A stretch of DNA of 64,000 nt from Octopus bimaculoides (Eukaryota), in contig NC_068990.1 in the NCBI RefSeq assembly GCF_001194135.2, positions 80,796,390 through 80,860,389 of the forward strand. The letters are read 5' to 3'. A program made the position numbers and the translations under genes. The notes under the pieces were generated by a model, which worked only from the letters and a program-made list of their open reading frames with translations, had not been told where the DNA came from and made no database searches. Positions 1 to 11,989 of this stretch are shown here, in pieces (the first letter of the stretch is position 1; each line of letters opens with the position of its first letter).

Positions 1-31
<31 letters not shown>

Positions 32-1548
32 TACATAACTATACACCTGTGTGTACTTACATATAGCAACGAAAGCGTATATAGTTGTATATATATTTAT
101 GTGTGTTTGTTTGTGTGTGTATGTGTGTGTGTGCGTGTGTGTGTGTGTGTGTGATTCTGAGTGTGTGTACATGTGTTAGTGCATACGTACACACACATAT
201 CTGCATTTGCTTTTGGACAGGGTTACATTTTTTCATAGCTGCAGACATATACTGCAGCATTTTCATACCATCAGTACAATATTTATCCATTTTACACTGG
301 AATATTCATAGATCTCTGTACATTTATCTAATTTTATTAACTAGTCCTCATATTTATTCGTTTGTTAAAATTATTGCCGTTAAATTGATGGTGACGTATT
401 TCCGAGTGATAAATATCGTTTGTCAAAAAATGTGTAATGTGAAATTATGCGATATATTTGTTTTGTTCCAACACAACTGACGTTACAAGTGCTAAATTTG
501 AGATTCTAGAATGTTTTTCCTTCATTTACCATACCATTAAGAGATTTTATAGATTTCTACATTGTTTCGTTTGTAATAACAATTGCTTTTATATATAACC
601 AGAATTACCTCTCTTGGTGCTCCTCTTTGCAAATAGGCCTCACCTACCTTCTAAATTTTGGACCATTCTGTCTTTATGTGTAGTGGTCCAGTTTAACACC
701 GTATATGGTAGATAAAAACGCGAATTTCTTCTTTCATTGCTGTCACTAAAGAATAAGAATCGGAACTTTGAATGTTTAGAATTAGACTGTATAAAATATT
801 GTCGGTATTTTGGTTGTCGGCATTTTCAGTATTGGCCTCTCGACTTGCAGCATTTTCTAGACAGTCGGTGGAAAGATACGATAGTGTACAATCTATGGAG
901 TTAGTGCCAGTTTACACATCAGTCGAGTGTGTATTCATNNNNNNNNNNNNNNNNNNNNNNNNNNNNNNNNNNNNNNNNNNNNNNNNNNNNNNNNNNNNNN
1001 NNNNNNNNNNNNNNNNNNNNNNNNNNNNNNNNNNNNNNNNNNNNNNNNNNNNNNNNNNNNNNNNNNNNNNNNNNNNNNNNNNNNNNNNNNNNNNNNNNNN
1101 NNNNNNNNNNNNNNNNNNNNNNNNNNNNNNNNNNNNNNNNNNNNNNNNNNNNNNNNNNNNNNNNNNNNNNNNNNNNNNNNNNNNNNNNNNNNNNNNNNNN
1201 NNNNNNNNNNNNNNNNNNNNNNNNNNNNNNNNNNNNNNNNNNNNNNNNNNNNNNNNNNNNNNNNNNNNNNNNNNNNNNNNNNNNNNNNNNNNNNNNNNNN
1301 NNNNNNNNNNNNNNNNNNNNNNNNNNNNNNNNNNNNNNNNNNNNNNNNNNNNNNNNNNNNNNNNNNNNNNNNNNNNNNNNNNNNNNNNNNNNNNNNNNNN
1401 NNNNNNNNNNNNNNNNNNNNNNNNNNNNNNNNNNNNNNNNNNNNNNNNNNNNNNNNNNNNNNNNNNNNNNNNNNNNNNNNNNNNNNNNNNNNNNNNNNNN
1501 NNNNNNNNNNNNNNNNNNNNNNNNNNNNNNNNNNNNNNNNNNNNNNNN

Positions 1549-1605
1549 ATACCTAAGGCACCTACTATGATAGGAATTGTTTCTGTTTTTAGATTCCACA
1601 TTCGA

Positions 1606-1607
<2 letters not shown>
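1549..1607 (-). mobile_element. 5'-truncated R4/Dong-like RLE non-LTR retrotransposon fragment running into an N gap
   Basis: Minus-strand translation TRMWNLKTETIPIIVGALG matches the C-terminal xPIxVGALG motif of restriction-like endonuclease LINEs. It starts directly after an (AAT)n tract. Confidence 0.8.

Positions 1608-1670
<63 letters not shown>
1608..1670. repeat. (TAT)n/(AAT)n microsatellite
   Basis: About 21 perfect trinucleotide units, read directly. Confidence 0.95.
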
Positions 1671-1672
<2 letters not shown>

Positions 1673-2299
1673 TATATGTGTGTGTGTGCATGTGTGTGTG
1701 TGCGGGTGTGTGTATGTGTGTGTATATATTTATGCGTGTGTGTGTAATCACTATGAACGAAGATCCGTCTAAATGAGACACCCAGATTCACAGAAACACT
1801 GCTTTTTGCCGGTAATCAATAATCAGGCGTGCATATTACTTTCAGTATTGGAAATGTATGTTAGCACATAATGTATGTAAATATTTCAATGATTGTGCCA
1901 ATATTTCTTTATTGCAGATTAATTATTATTAACCAACTTTAATTCACTTCGTCAAGGTCAAAGCGTTAAATATATTAATATAAAAATGATCACATGTAAC
2001 ACACTGATATCAAATCAAGAATGAGATTATAACTGTCATCCGGGTATTTCTAATATCAATATTTGCTAAACTGGCGTGATAACATTCGCAACGTAATAGC
2101 TGTTCCTTTCATTACAGTAAGTGCAGAGAACTCACAAGTTTCGTGAAATCAAGAATGTGTGTAGCACAAGCAAGTGTGCCTATCTGTGTGTTTAAAACAC
2201 ATAATGGTTTCCTTTGGTCAATGCATAATTAAATAAAACTCTACCAACGAATATGAACCTTTACGTGTTAGAACATATCAGTTTAAAATTTTGTTATAA

Positions 2300-2558
2300 G
2301 ACCCCAGCGTTCAGCTCTTTCGTATTTTATAGATTTCCGAAAGGATGAAAGGTAAAGCGACCTCGCCGGAATTTGAACGGAAAGTGTAAAGACAGACAAA
2401 ATTCCGCTCACCATTTTACCCAGTGCAGTAACGATTCTACCAGCTTTCCGTTTAAATGAAGTCGACCTCGGCAAAATTCGAACTCAGAAGGTAAAGACAA
2501 TGAAATGCTGCTAAGTATTTTGACCTGCGACCTAACAATTCTGCTACCTCTCCGTCTT
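2300..2558 (-). mobile_element. tRNA-derived SINE family 1, head-to-tail partial dimer, diverged
   Basis: Two successive matches to the family motifs (gaaaggatgaaagg..gacctcg..gaatttgaac..gtaaagac), the second starting near 2452. Confidence 0.75.
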
Positions 2559-2995
2559 CATGTTAGAATATATTACCAATTCTATGTAATTGATAAGTAC
2601 CATTCTCCACCTCAATTAATTAATCTGTAAACATCTCTATTTTGCTAATTCCAATAGATACACTTGCGGTAAAGTTATGCTTTGATATTAAATTCAGTAT
2701 AAAGCCGAAACATCTCTGGAGTTGTCTCGCTTGCTTACCACAAAAGGAGAAAAAAAAAATCAATTAAAATAGCAATAGTCATTCGACAGTCATTGATTTT
2801 GTAACCCTTATGTATTAATAATATACACACCACACACATACTTAGCGTGATCGTCTATGAAGATATATTTGCTTCCAAAATTATAGATTCCTTATGAAAT
2901 ATTTTGATCAAATTTTATGGAAGCTTCCAACGGTGTCTTCACAGTGGTTTCTTTAAAACTATTATTTCGTTTGCAGTTAGATCAGGAAATATATT

Positions 2996-3107
2996 CCCAC
3001 TGCGTGGCACCTTGGGCAAGTATCTTCTACTATAGCCTCGGGCAGACCAATGCCTTGTGAGTGGATTTGGTAGACGGAACCTGAAAGAAGCCCGTCGTAT
3101 ATATGTA

Positions 3108-3140
<33 letters not shown>

Positions 3141-3522
3141 NNNNNNNNNNNNNNNNNNNNNNNNNNNNNNNNNNNNNNNNNNNNNNNNNNNNNNNNNNNN
3201 NNNNNNNNNNNNNNNNNNNNNNNNNNNNNNNNNNNNNNNNNNNNNNNNNNNNNNNNNNNNNNNNNNNNNNNNNNNNNNNNTCTATATATGTATGTATGTA
3301 TATGATTGTGTGTCTTTGTTTGTCCACCCAACATCCCTTGACAACCGATACTGGTGTGTTTACGTCCCCGTAACCTAGCGGTTCATCAAAAGAGACCAAT
3401 AGAATAAGTACTAGGCTTACAAAGAATAAGTCCTGGGGTCGATTTGCTCGACTAAAGGCGGTGCTCCGGCATAGCCACAGTCAAATGACTGAAACAAGTA
3501 AAAGAGTAAAGAGTAAAAGAGT
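2996..3522 (+). mobile_element. Composite SINE family 2, 5'-truncated, with internal (TA)n and N gap
   Basis: Contains cccactgcgtggcaccttgggcaagt, ggatttggtagacggaa, (TA)n, cctggggtcgatttgctcgac and a gactgaaacaagt(aaaagagt)n tail. The same blocks recur at 20245, 42501, 52971 and 62190. Confidence 0.9.
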
Positions 3523-4147
3523 ATATAAAAATACTAATGGCTAAAATGTATTTAGTTGAAAACATGCATTATGCTGACAATTGCATCTTGGGATATAACA
3601 TGGCATACACGTAAATTAGAGGCTACAATTGAACAACTGATTAAATACCATGAGTCCGTTTCGGTAGTGTTTCCAAATACACTGATGACAACTTTTTTCA
3701 TCTTTATGGGGTACATATGTTACGTAACCATAGTTACGGAATGCAGTCAGTTGTCTAAGTTACACACTTGGAGATAGTGCCAAAAATGATCTCAACTCAA
3801 TTATTAAATCGTATGGGGCACTAGTTGACGTATGTGAATGTTTCCAGCTTCCCACAAGAGTGTCGCCAGTAAATTTCTGTAACTAGCATACACACACATC
3901 CCGTATATGTATGTAAATATGTGATAGGTATGTATGTTGGACTTTTGAACAGCTTCTATCTGATAAAATTCATTCATATTTTATGGATAAAATTTTAAAT
4001 ATAGCAGAAAATAACTTAGGTGCATGGCACCTGATCGAACACGAAATCGCTTGGTTGTAAAACAGAAGTCATAACTACATACCGGAGTCTCCGCATATAA
4101 TATTAATAAAAAATGTATGAAGCTCAATTTAATATATGAAATAATGA

Positions 4148-4355
4148 TTTGAGAGATTTGCCACAAGGGCAGCTTGGGGGAGGGAATTAAGTCGATTACA
4201 TCAACCCCAGTGATTGACTGGTACTTAATTTATCGACCCCGAAAGGATAAAAGGCAAAGTTGACCTCGGTGGAATTTGAACCAAGAACGTAGCGAGGGTG
4301 CAATACAGCTAAGCACTGCGTCCAGCGTGCCAAAGGTTCCGCTAGTTCACCACCT
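4148..4355 (-). mobile_element. SINE family 1, tail type A
   Basis: Near full-length match to the copy at 20797-21008 on the opposite strand. Confidence 0.85.
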
Positions 4356-5385
4356 GTTTTCTTAATATATGATATAATGTTCTGCTATAATATTTATTAT
4401 CTCAGTCCCTAGTTAACGTCACTATCATCTGTGAGGTTGCACGAGATGCTGGAAATAGAAGCTTAATATCTGTCATATCAATCACAACCGAATGAAAACA
4501 AGATAGGATATTTGAATAATTTAGTGAAAATTCGATTGTTTTTGACGAAGCCTGAATGTGATGGTAAATCGCAAAATCTGTAATAAAATCATCTTGAACA
4601 ACAGCAACATTATCAATTTCTTAATTATAATATTCATTAGAATTCATTTGAAGTATTATCAAATAATATTACATGATAAGAAATGTTTATTTTTTCCACT
4701 AATGATAGTTTATAATTTGAGTCAATTTATGTCACTCTCTCGCCTGTTAATCTCGTGTATATATTTACATTATTATGTATCGTCTGTTATCAGACATATT
4801 GTTTTATTTTGTTTTCTATTTCCTTTCTTCGTGCTTTGCGTAATTCCGTTCTAAAATCATTATTTTGCAGACAGATAAATGCTATTTCAGCTTCCAATGA
4901 ACTGTATATGAAAGGTCGTTCAACTCTAATATTTACAAAGTTAACCTCTGTGTTTTCTATATTCTAAACATGTATATTGCTAATACGTACCAAGCTTATT
5001 GATTATGTAAAAGTAAGCAAGGATGAGAAATGGAATGCGTAAACAAAATAGGTGAGATAAAGTCTGGGGTGAAGATAGGGAGGAAAAGAAAGAGGAGGAA
5101 CATATGTGCGTGTATATGTGTATGTGTGTGTGTGAGTAATATGTGAGTGTGCGTTATAGATGTTATGCTTTGAATTTATTATGTCATAATAGGTAATTGT
5201 CAAAGATAGAAATAAATTGATATAAACTCGAGCAGCTATATCTTCTGCAAAAAGGTCGTTGATAGGACACTAGAGAAGTGCATTATGATATCTACTTACT
5301 TCCCTTTCTGTTCCCATAATCTAACGAACTGTGGAAGATTTCTTGAAAGTCTATCATGCATGCGTGCCTGTGTTGGTGTGTGTGA

Positions 5386-5427
<42 letters not shown>

Positions 5428-6202
5428 NNNNNNNNNNNNNNNNNNNNNNNNNNNNNNNNNNNNNNNNNNNNNNNNNNNNNNNNNNNNNNNNNNNNNNNNN
5501 NNNNNNNNNNNNNNNNNNNNNNNNNNNNNNNNNNNNNNNNNNNNNNNNNNNNNNNNNNNNNNNNNNNNNNNNNNNNNNNNNNNNNNNNNNNNNNNNNNNN
5601 NNNNNNNNNNNNNNNNNNNNNNNNNNNNNNNNNNNNNNNNNNNNNNNNNNNNNNNNNNNNNNNNNNNNNNNNNNNNNNNNNNNNNNNNNNNNNNNNNNNN
5701 NNNNNNNNNNNNNNNNNNNNNNNNNNNNNNNNNNNNNNNNNNNNNNNNNNNNNNNNNNNNNNNNNNNNNNNNNNNNNNNNNNNNNNNNNNNNNNNNNNNN
5801 NNNNNNNNNNNNNNNNNNNNNNNNNNNNNNNNNNNNNNNNNNNNNNNNNNNNNNNNNNNNNNNNNNNATATGAATGTTTGTATGTATGCATTAAACATAA
5901 AAAGGGAGGTATGAGATGTGAATATATTTACTTAACCATTTGACAGCTTTACAATTACGACCAATTCGCAGGCTTCTTCATGTAATAATAACTTTACTAT
6001 AAAGTTATTTATGCTTGCATGTCTTCATCAATATGCATGTTATACATTACACAAACCAATTCTATATTCAAAGGTCAATGTAAATAAAGAAATCTAGCTA
6101 TCAGATCATCATAACACCATTGTTATACAAACGACTTAACTCCAAGTATACATACAATATTTTCTTGTTATACACACACACACACTCACACACACACAAT
6201 AT

Positions 6203-7497
6203 ATGGAAGCCCGAGACGTTGATCATGACGTGATATGTCACAAACTGCGAAACCTTGGTATTACTGGGAAACTGGGAGACTGACTGCATGACTTTCTGAA
6301 GTCATGACTTTTAGGTTTATGTTGGGATATAGATTTTTCCAAATATGGTTGTTTCTTTCGTTGGGTGAGATGGATTCTGCTCCAGCAATGGGTGTCTCAT
6401 TTTCTCCATGCCAGCAGATACCTTTTTTGTGGAACTTGCAGATAGACTTTTTTTTTTATCTGAGAGGGCTTGATTTGGGCTTTTAATTGCAGCGATTGGT
6501 GCTCACTCTGAAGAGACACCAATTTTCAGCGGAGTCCTGCAGACATACCCTCAGCGGTATAGTCAGCCAATCTGACCAGTGATACTAGTAACGTAGGCAG
6601 TTAGGAACCCAAAGGACATCATAAAACTTCAGAAAGACCTGAATGAAATATACAAATAGGCTAACAAAAATAACATGCAGTACAATGCTATGTAATTTCA
6701 GACACTCCATTATCGGTCGAACACAGTCTAAAATCACTGGACCAGAAGGTAATACGCTCCCAGAGTCAGAGTCAGTGGGTGACCTGGGGGTTCAAATGAT
6801 CAATGATGCAACATTCCATTTGCATATTACCAAGATGACAACACTGTTCAGGTTATGGTCCCCAGAGAGTGTGAAGCAAACTGTGGAACTCGAAGCAATC
6901 CAACGCCAATACACACAGAAGATTGATTCGATGCAAAAGATGGGCTAAGGAGAGCTGGGCTAAAGGAGAGAGAGGCTAAAGGAGCTGAGTCTCTATTCCT
7001 TGGAGAAAAGACGAGAGAGAGATATGCGGTGATATATATTTGGGAGGTCTTGAAAGGTTTAGTTCTCACTTTTGGAATTGACAGCTATACCAATCCTCGA
7101 ACTGGACGGGACTCTATCATAGCAAAGATCCCACCTTCCTCATCTAAAGCGAACTCGACGGGACTGTATCATAGCAAAGATCCCACCTTCCTCATCTAAA
7201 GTATTGACGCAGTACTGCAATAGTCTGGGTCCCAAGGACCCGCAATTGCTCAGCATCCTGTCAGGCAACCATAGTGATATATATGCTGTTGATGTGGAAG
7301 TTTGCAAGGAATGTCTGGATAAGTTTCTATTTGAGATACTACATGAACCCACATCGTGGTAGGAGACACAAAGAAGAGCGACTCCGTCCAACTCTTTACT
7401 TCACCGAAAACAATACCAGAAACAACAGTGAGTAACTACATGTGGTGCACCAGTATGACCTCAGCCCTGGGCTGAAACCAGTAAAAGATAAAAGACA
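6203..7497 (+). mobile_element. CR1/L2-group LINE, 5'-truncated and decayed (RT through 3' tail)
   Basis: Peptides DHDVICHKLRNLGITGKLGD*LHDFL, FSGVLQ, SVGDLGVQM, LWSPESVKQTVELEAIQRQYT and LKELSLYSLEKRRERYAVIYIW are typical CR1-group ORF2 motifs. Stops and deletions are present. It ends in gtaaaagataaaaga. Confidence 0.85.
7098..7201 (+). repeat. 52-bp tandem duplication inside the LINE
   Basis: 7098-7149 and 7150-7201 are identical except for 2 substitutions. Confidence 0.95.
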
Positions 7498-7677
7498 TAT
7501 ATACATATCGGTCCATAATGTTAAGACGTAAACACTCCTCCTTTTAAGTTGAATCTACCGACTGGATTATATTCGTTTCTGTTGGATTATTCTGCGGTTT
7601 GTTAGCCGATGCTATTAGTGGAACTCTCTGGGAAAGCCGTACAATCCTATGAACCCAATAGATAGGTAAATAGATAG

Positions 7678-7708
<31 letters not shown>

Positions 7709-8329
7709 ATAGACTTTGAGTATTTCAGATATAATAGGTTTTGAGTATTTGACTGCGAAGTTCATAGAGACAGTAACCCGGTCTTCTAGATGTTGGAGAT
7801 GTAGCGAATCAATTGTCTCATTCGAATCCAGTAACCAACAAAACTGTTGTTCACAAGATGCATCCTTGTATCTTAAATTAATAACTAATTCTGTGATAAG
7901 ATGTTCGTGTTGGATAACTTTTAATAACACGGGTATGAAAACAAAGTACATTTTAATATTTACAATGATCAACGTAATAATTTCAGCCAAAATCAGTTAT
8001 ATTTACACAAAAAGGTAGATATTTATACAGCTTAAATAGCTGCACATAATCAATATCTCTAGGGTTTTTTTTATTAAAAGAACACTGATATATTGTTATT
8101 AACTGTTATGAGAATTTTATCCATGGAGCAGTATATTATTGCAAGCTGTGGTCGTATTGAAAGGGTAAATGTCGTAAACCTTACGATAATCCTATAATAT
8201 TTAATACAAAAGTAGATTAAAGCCAGCCATCCTTCCTTCACAAGGGAGTATGTGTTGGGTTGGTAATGTAGCATTATTTTACTCCTTGTTTCAGGCTCCT
8301 CTGTAATCAGAAACAATCATAGGAACTCT

Positions 8330-8543
8330 ATCTTTAACCTCAGCCCTAATCCACTGGAACATTTAAACTGGACGGATATACGGCTGCATCAGCAACCGGC
8401 ATGGATTCGTTTACAGTCAGCTAACTGGAGAATCGGGAAGTTAATTGCCTTGCTGAAGGACCACACTGTGTCACTCGTTCCAGAAATTCAACTCACAACA
8501 TTATGATAATAAGGCGACAACTCTAACCATTAGGTCACATGCC
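8330..8543 (-). mobile_element. Third tRNA-derived SINE, old copy
   Basis: Minus strand begins ggcatgtgacctaatggttagag (A-box-like), then gagttgaatttc (B-box-like), then gtccttcagcaaggcaattaac, which resembles the ccttgggcaag block of family 2. Confidence 0.6.
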
Positions 8544-9384
8544 ATAGAAGTTAAAGAAAACTGGTAATATCAGAAGTATATTCGCTGGTGGAATGATTTC
8601 ATATCGACTGTGATCGATTGTGATTTGTTCGTTTGTTGGAAAGCCTTTTAAGATTTGAAGACTCTTGCTAACATAATCAACATCTAAAGATTTCTAGAAC
8701 TGGTTCTATAATATTCTATTCTGTAATGGTTATTAGCTTACTTCTTTGTACATTTGCCTTCTGCAACGGTAGAAGTTGAATATTTCAGCTAGAATGTTCC
8801 CTTTAAAGGTTGTGCGTGTAACAGTATATAATTCTTATTGAAACGCAAAGAAAGAATATATAATATATTTTAAGGGCGCTAAATGAAGAAATGAACAAAC
8901 TATTATATGAATATACCTAACATAGGCACAAGCGGAGGATTTCCTGAGAAGTAATAATCGGGTTTATCGTATCCAGTAATTTACTCGTGATTATTTAGTC
9001 GACCTATGAAGCGTGAAGGACAAAGCCTTTATCATCGTGTTTTAAATAAGAGCATAAAGCATTTGGTCTGACGATTCACCTATTCAGCATAATTCTCATT
9101 ATTACTGGTTATTATGCTACGAGATACACATTCAAATATAAAATAAGGGCAGTAACTGTTATGTTTTAAGGAACTACACCCTGCCCACATCTACCATACT
9201 CACTAAAGTTTAAAAGTGATCCTAAATAGACTACATAGAAGGGATCGTACAAAACTAGTCTATCATTCGTTATCACACATTACTCTAAGGTCTATAAGAT
9301 CATAACTGTCGGGTGTAGAATATATATTGTGCCAATCAATTCTCTGGCTCTATCAAGAATTAATTTCAAATTTACCCCAGGCTA

Positions 9385-9415
<31 letters not shown>

Positions 9416-11179
9416 CGTACGCATCCTGAAGAGAATATCAGTAGAATGTTTGTTTCAACTGACACATATAAACATCATTAAAGTTTTTCAGTAACGCTTG
9501 TTGTATTGTTACATATTCATTAACACCTTTTCGCTATAACATATTAGACGAAAATGAACGATTGTAACCTATTTATCTAAAGATAAAGTTCGACATATAA
9601 ATGTAGCTGACAGAAATCTTTAGAATTGTCAGCATAATGTTGGACTATTTTTTATTTTCACCCTGACCTAAATACTTTATCTCCAATAAACTAAGAAGGT
9701 GAATTTGTTTTGTATAAAGAATTATGAATAGATAACTATTGCAAAGATTGAAAAATAAATCCTGTGAAATCCGTGTTACTTAATACAGTAGAAGGATGGA
9801 AGAATTATATTAATTACAGATTGATTCATCGTATGTGTAGTTCCATCACTTGCCTAAATCATTTTTATCAATCAACCACTTTAAGCTAGACTGTTATTAG
9901 TTTAGTAGAGAGCAGCATTGGTATGGCACTGTAGAAGAACTGTAGCTAACTGACTGACAGGACGAAATTATTACTGGTCGTCTATAGATTTAGACTGAAT
10001 TAGTCATATCTGATCTACTTAATATAAATAAGCTCTTCTAAGGAAATGGAATATATTCGAAATGTGTCCTGATCAAATTATAGAGAGAACTGGAAGAAGA
10101 CACGTTAGCATCGAAGAGCAAGGAATGGAGCGAGGAAAATACGTGTTTGCTTAAGTAATAAGGGAAGCGCTAATGGAGCTGTCTGATGTAATTATCAGAG
10201 ATTGTGAGAATGGTAGTGTGCATCAAGTGAATTTTGAATTTGCAGTTACATCTCTCTCTTTCCACATCACTTCTGACTTTTCACATATAGTTGCTTTCTA
10301 ATCAGCGATGTTTTAAAAGTATCACGAGAGTGTAGGCGAGCCCATAACTTTAGGTAAAGATATGGTATTTCGAATCAGGTGTTTGATTTTTCAGGATTTA
10401 TTTGCAATTCGTGTTATTAGTCAAAAGCTTGTAGATATTACGCATTAAGAAATAAAGGAACGACGTCGGATGCGTACACATTAAAGGACGAATATCATCT
10501 GCATTATTCTACATAGGCAGTGTATACAACTAATTAAGAAAATCCATTCCATATTTGACATTTGGTTACGAGGAACATTTAGAATACATCATCAAAGAAT
10601 GACATGTAAATTGTATTAACGCCAGTAGCGGTATATAAAGAAATTTTAACGCGCCGGATTTAGTTGACATCCTAGCGTTTCATTCAATCATTTCTCAGTC
10701 CTTAGATCTGTCAACACGTGAGAAATAGCGGTGTGAATATAAAACTAGGTTCAGTGAAAGTGTCATGAGACAGTAACATTGCACACAATAGTTTTATCTT
10801 CTCTCCGTAGCTTAGTTTTAGTTTTAGCTTTATATTTAAGATTCATCGTCGTCATTCTGTAGAAAGTATAGTGGAAGCATGAATAATTTAAAGAGTATAT
10901 ACGCATATATATATATTTATGTGTGTGTATGTGTGTATGTATATGTTAAAGCTGCAAAACCATCACGAAGATATCACAAAAAAGTGTTCGTCGGACAGTT
11001 TAGATTGAGAATAATAAAGCATATTACTCTACCATGGATATTCGTGTACTTTTTTTCCCACCTTCTTTCACATTTATGTGCGTAAGCTGGTAAGTCTGCT
11101 TATTGGTGTCTTTGAATGACGTCATACTGCCACGTGGTGCGTCTTTCGTTTGCAGTGCTTCTCTCCTGTTCGTTGATAT

Positions 11180-11436
11180 ATGCGATGGCGTCTGTCAAAT
11201 ATTGTTTTGTGCTGGGAAATACAGCGGCTGAAAGTGTTGTCATGCTACAAACAGCTAACAAAAAAGCTACCATAAGCAAAACAAAAGTTAGCGAGTGGTT
11301 GTCATGCTTTTGGATTGGTCGTTTGTCGGCTGAAGACTCACCTCGTTCAGGGCGACCATCGACCTCCCGAACAAATGAAATCATCATGAAAATTCGTGAA
11401 CTGACCTCGAAGGACTGTCAGCGAACAATTGACCAA
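11180..11436 (+). mobile_element. Mariner (DD34D) transposase N-terminal HTH remnant
   Basis: VKYCFVLGNTAAESVVMLQTA...KTKVSEW...EDSPRSGRPSTSRTNEIIMKIREL is the mariner paired-like HTH with the PRSGRP motif. Confidence 0.85.
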
Positions 11437-11582
11437 CAAAACTCCTTGTAACACCTAAGATGAACTGAAGGCAAGAATTATTGCGGCATTCGTGAACTTA
11501 AACAACGAGACCTTCCAGAAGAGTTGCAAAAGTTTCTGAATTCTTCTGGAGGCCGTGATTGAAATCAACGAGGATTTTATTG
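11432..11582 (+). mobile_element. maT/DD37D-like transposase C-terminal remnant
   Basis: Translates TNKTPCNT*DELKARIIAAFVNLNNETFQKSCKSF*ILLEAVIEINEDFI, resembling the ...RLEAVVEANGDFIE end of DD37D-type transposases. Confidence 0.65.
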
Positions 11583-11803
11583 NNNNNNNNNNNNNNNNNN
11601 NNNNNNNNNNNNNNNNNNNNNNNNNNNNNNNNNNNNNNNNNNNNNNNNNNNNNNNNNNNNNNNNNNNNNNNNNNNNNNNNNNNNNNNNNNNNNNNNNNNN
11701 NNNNNNNNNNNNNNNNNNNNNNNNNNNNNNNNNNNNNNNNNNNNNNNNNNNNNNNNNNNNNNNNNNNNNNNNNNNNNNNNNNNNNNNNNNNNNNNNNNNN
11801 NNN

Positions 11804-11847
<44 letters not shown>

Positions 11848-11892
11848 GATAAGATTCTTTCAGTTTCCTTTTAGCAAATCCATTCACAAGAC
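11804..11892 (-). mobile_element. SINE family 2 internal fragment
   Basis: ttctttcagtttcc..caaatccattcacaag next to (TA)n matches the pre-microsatellite block of the other copies. Confidence 0.7.
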
Positions 11893-11989
11893 ATGAAATG
11901 ATGGCTTGCCAGTCAACTCGTGGTCAAGACCGAGGGGGACCATTACTGACGATTAAGAATATTGTTCACGCAGGCAAATTTATACTTTA

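Noticed and set aside
772-1781. Long ORFs of 200-350 aa here and at the other gaps
   Set aside because: They are made of X residues from N-runs plus microsatellite translation (YIYI, CVCV, poly-I).
3719-3728. PAR-bZIP-type palindrome GTTACGTAAC
   Set aside because: A single 10-mer in 64 kb with no supporting context.
5300-5341. Minus-strand 42-nt segment with a strong gtaagt donor
   Set aside because: The acceptor is weak and the peptide is uninformative.
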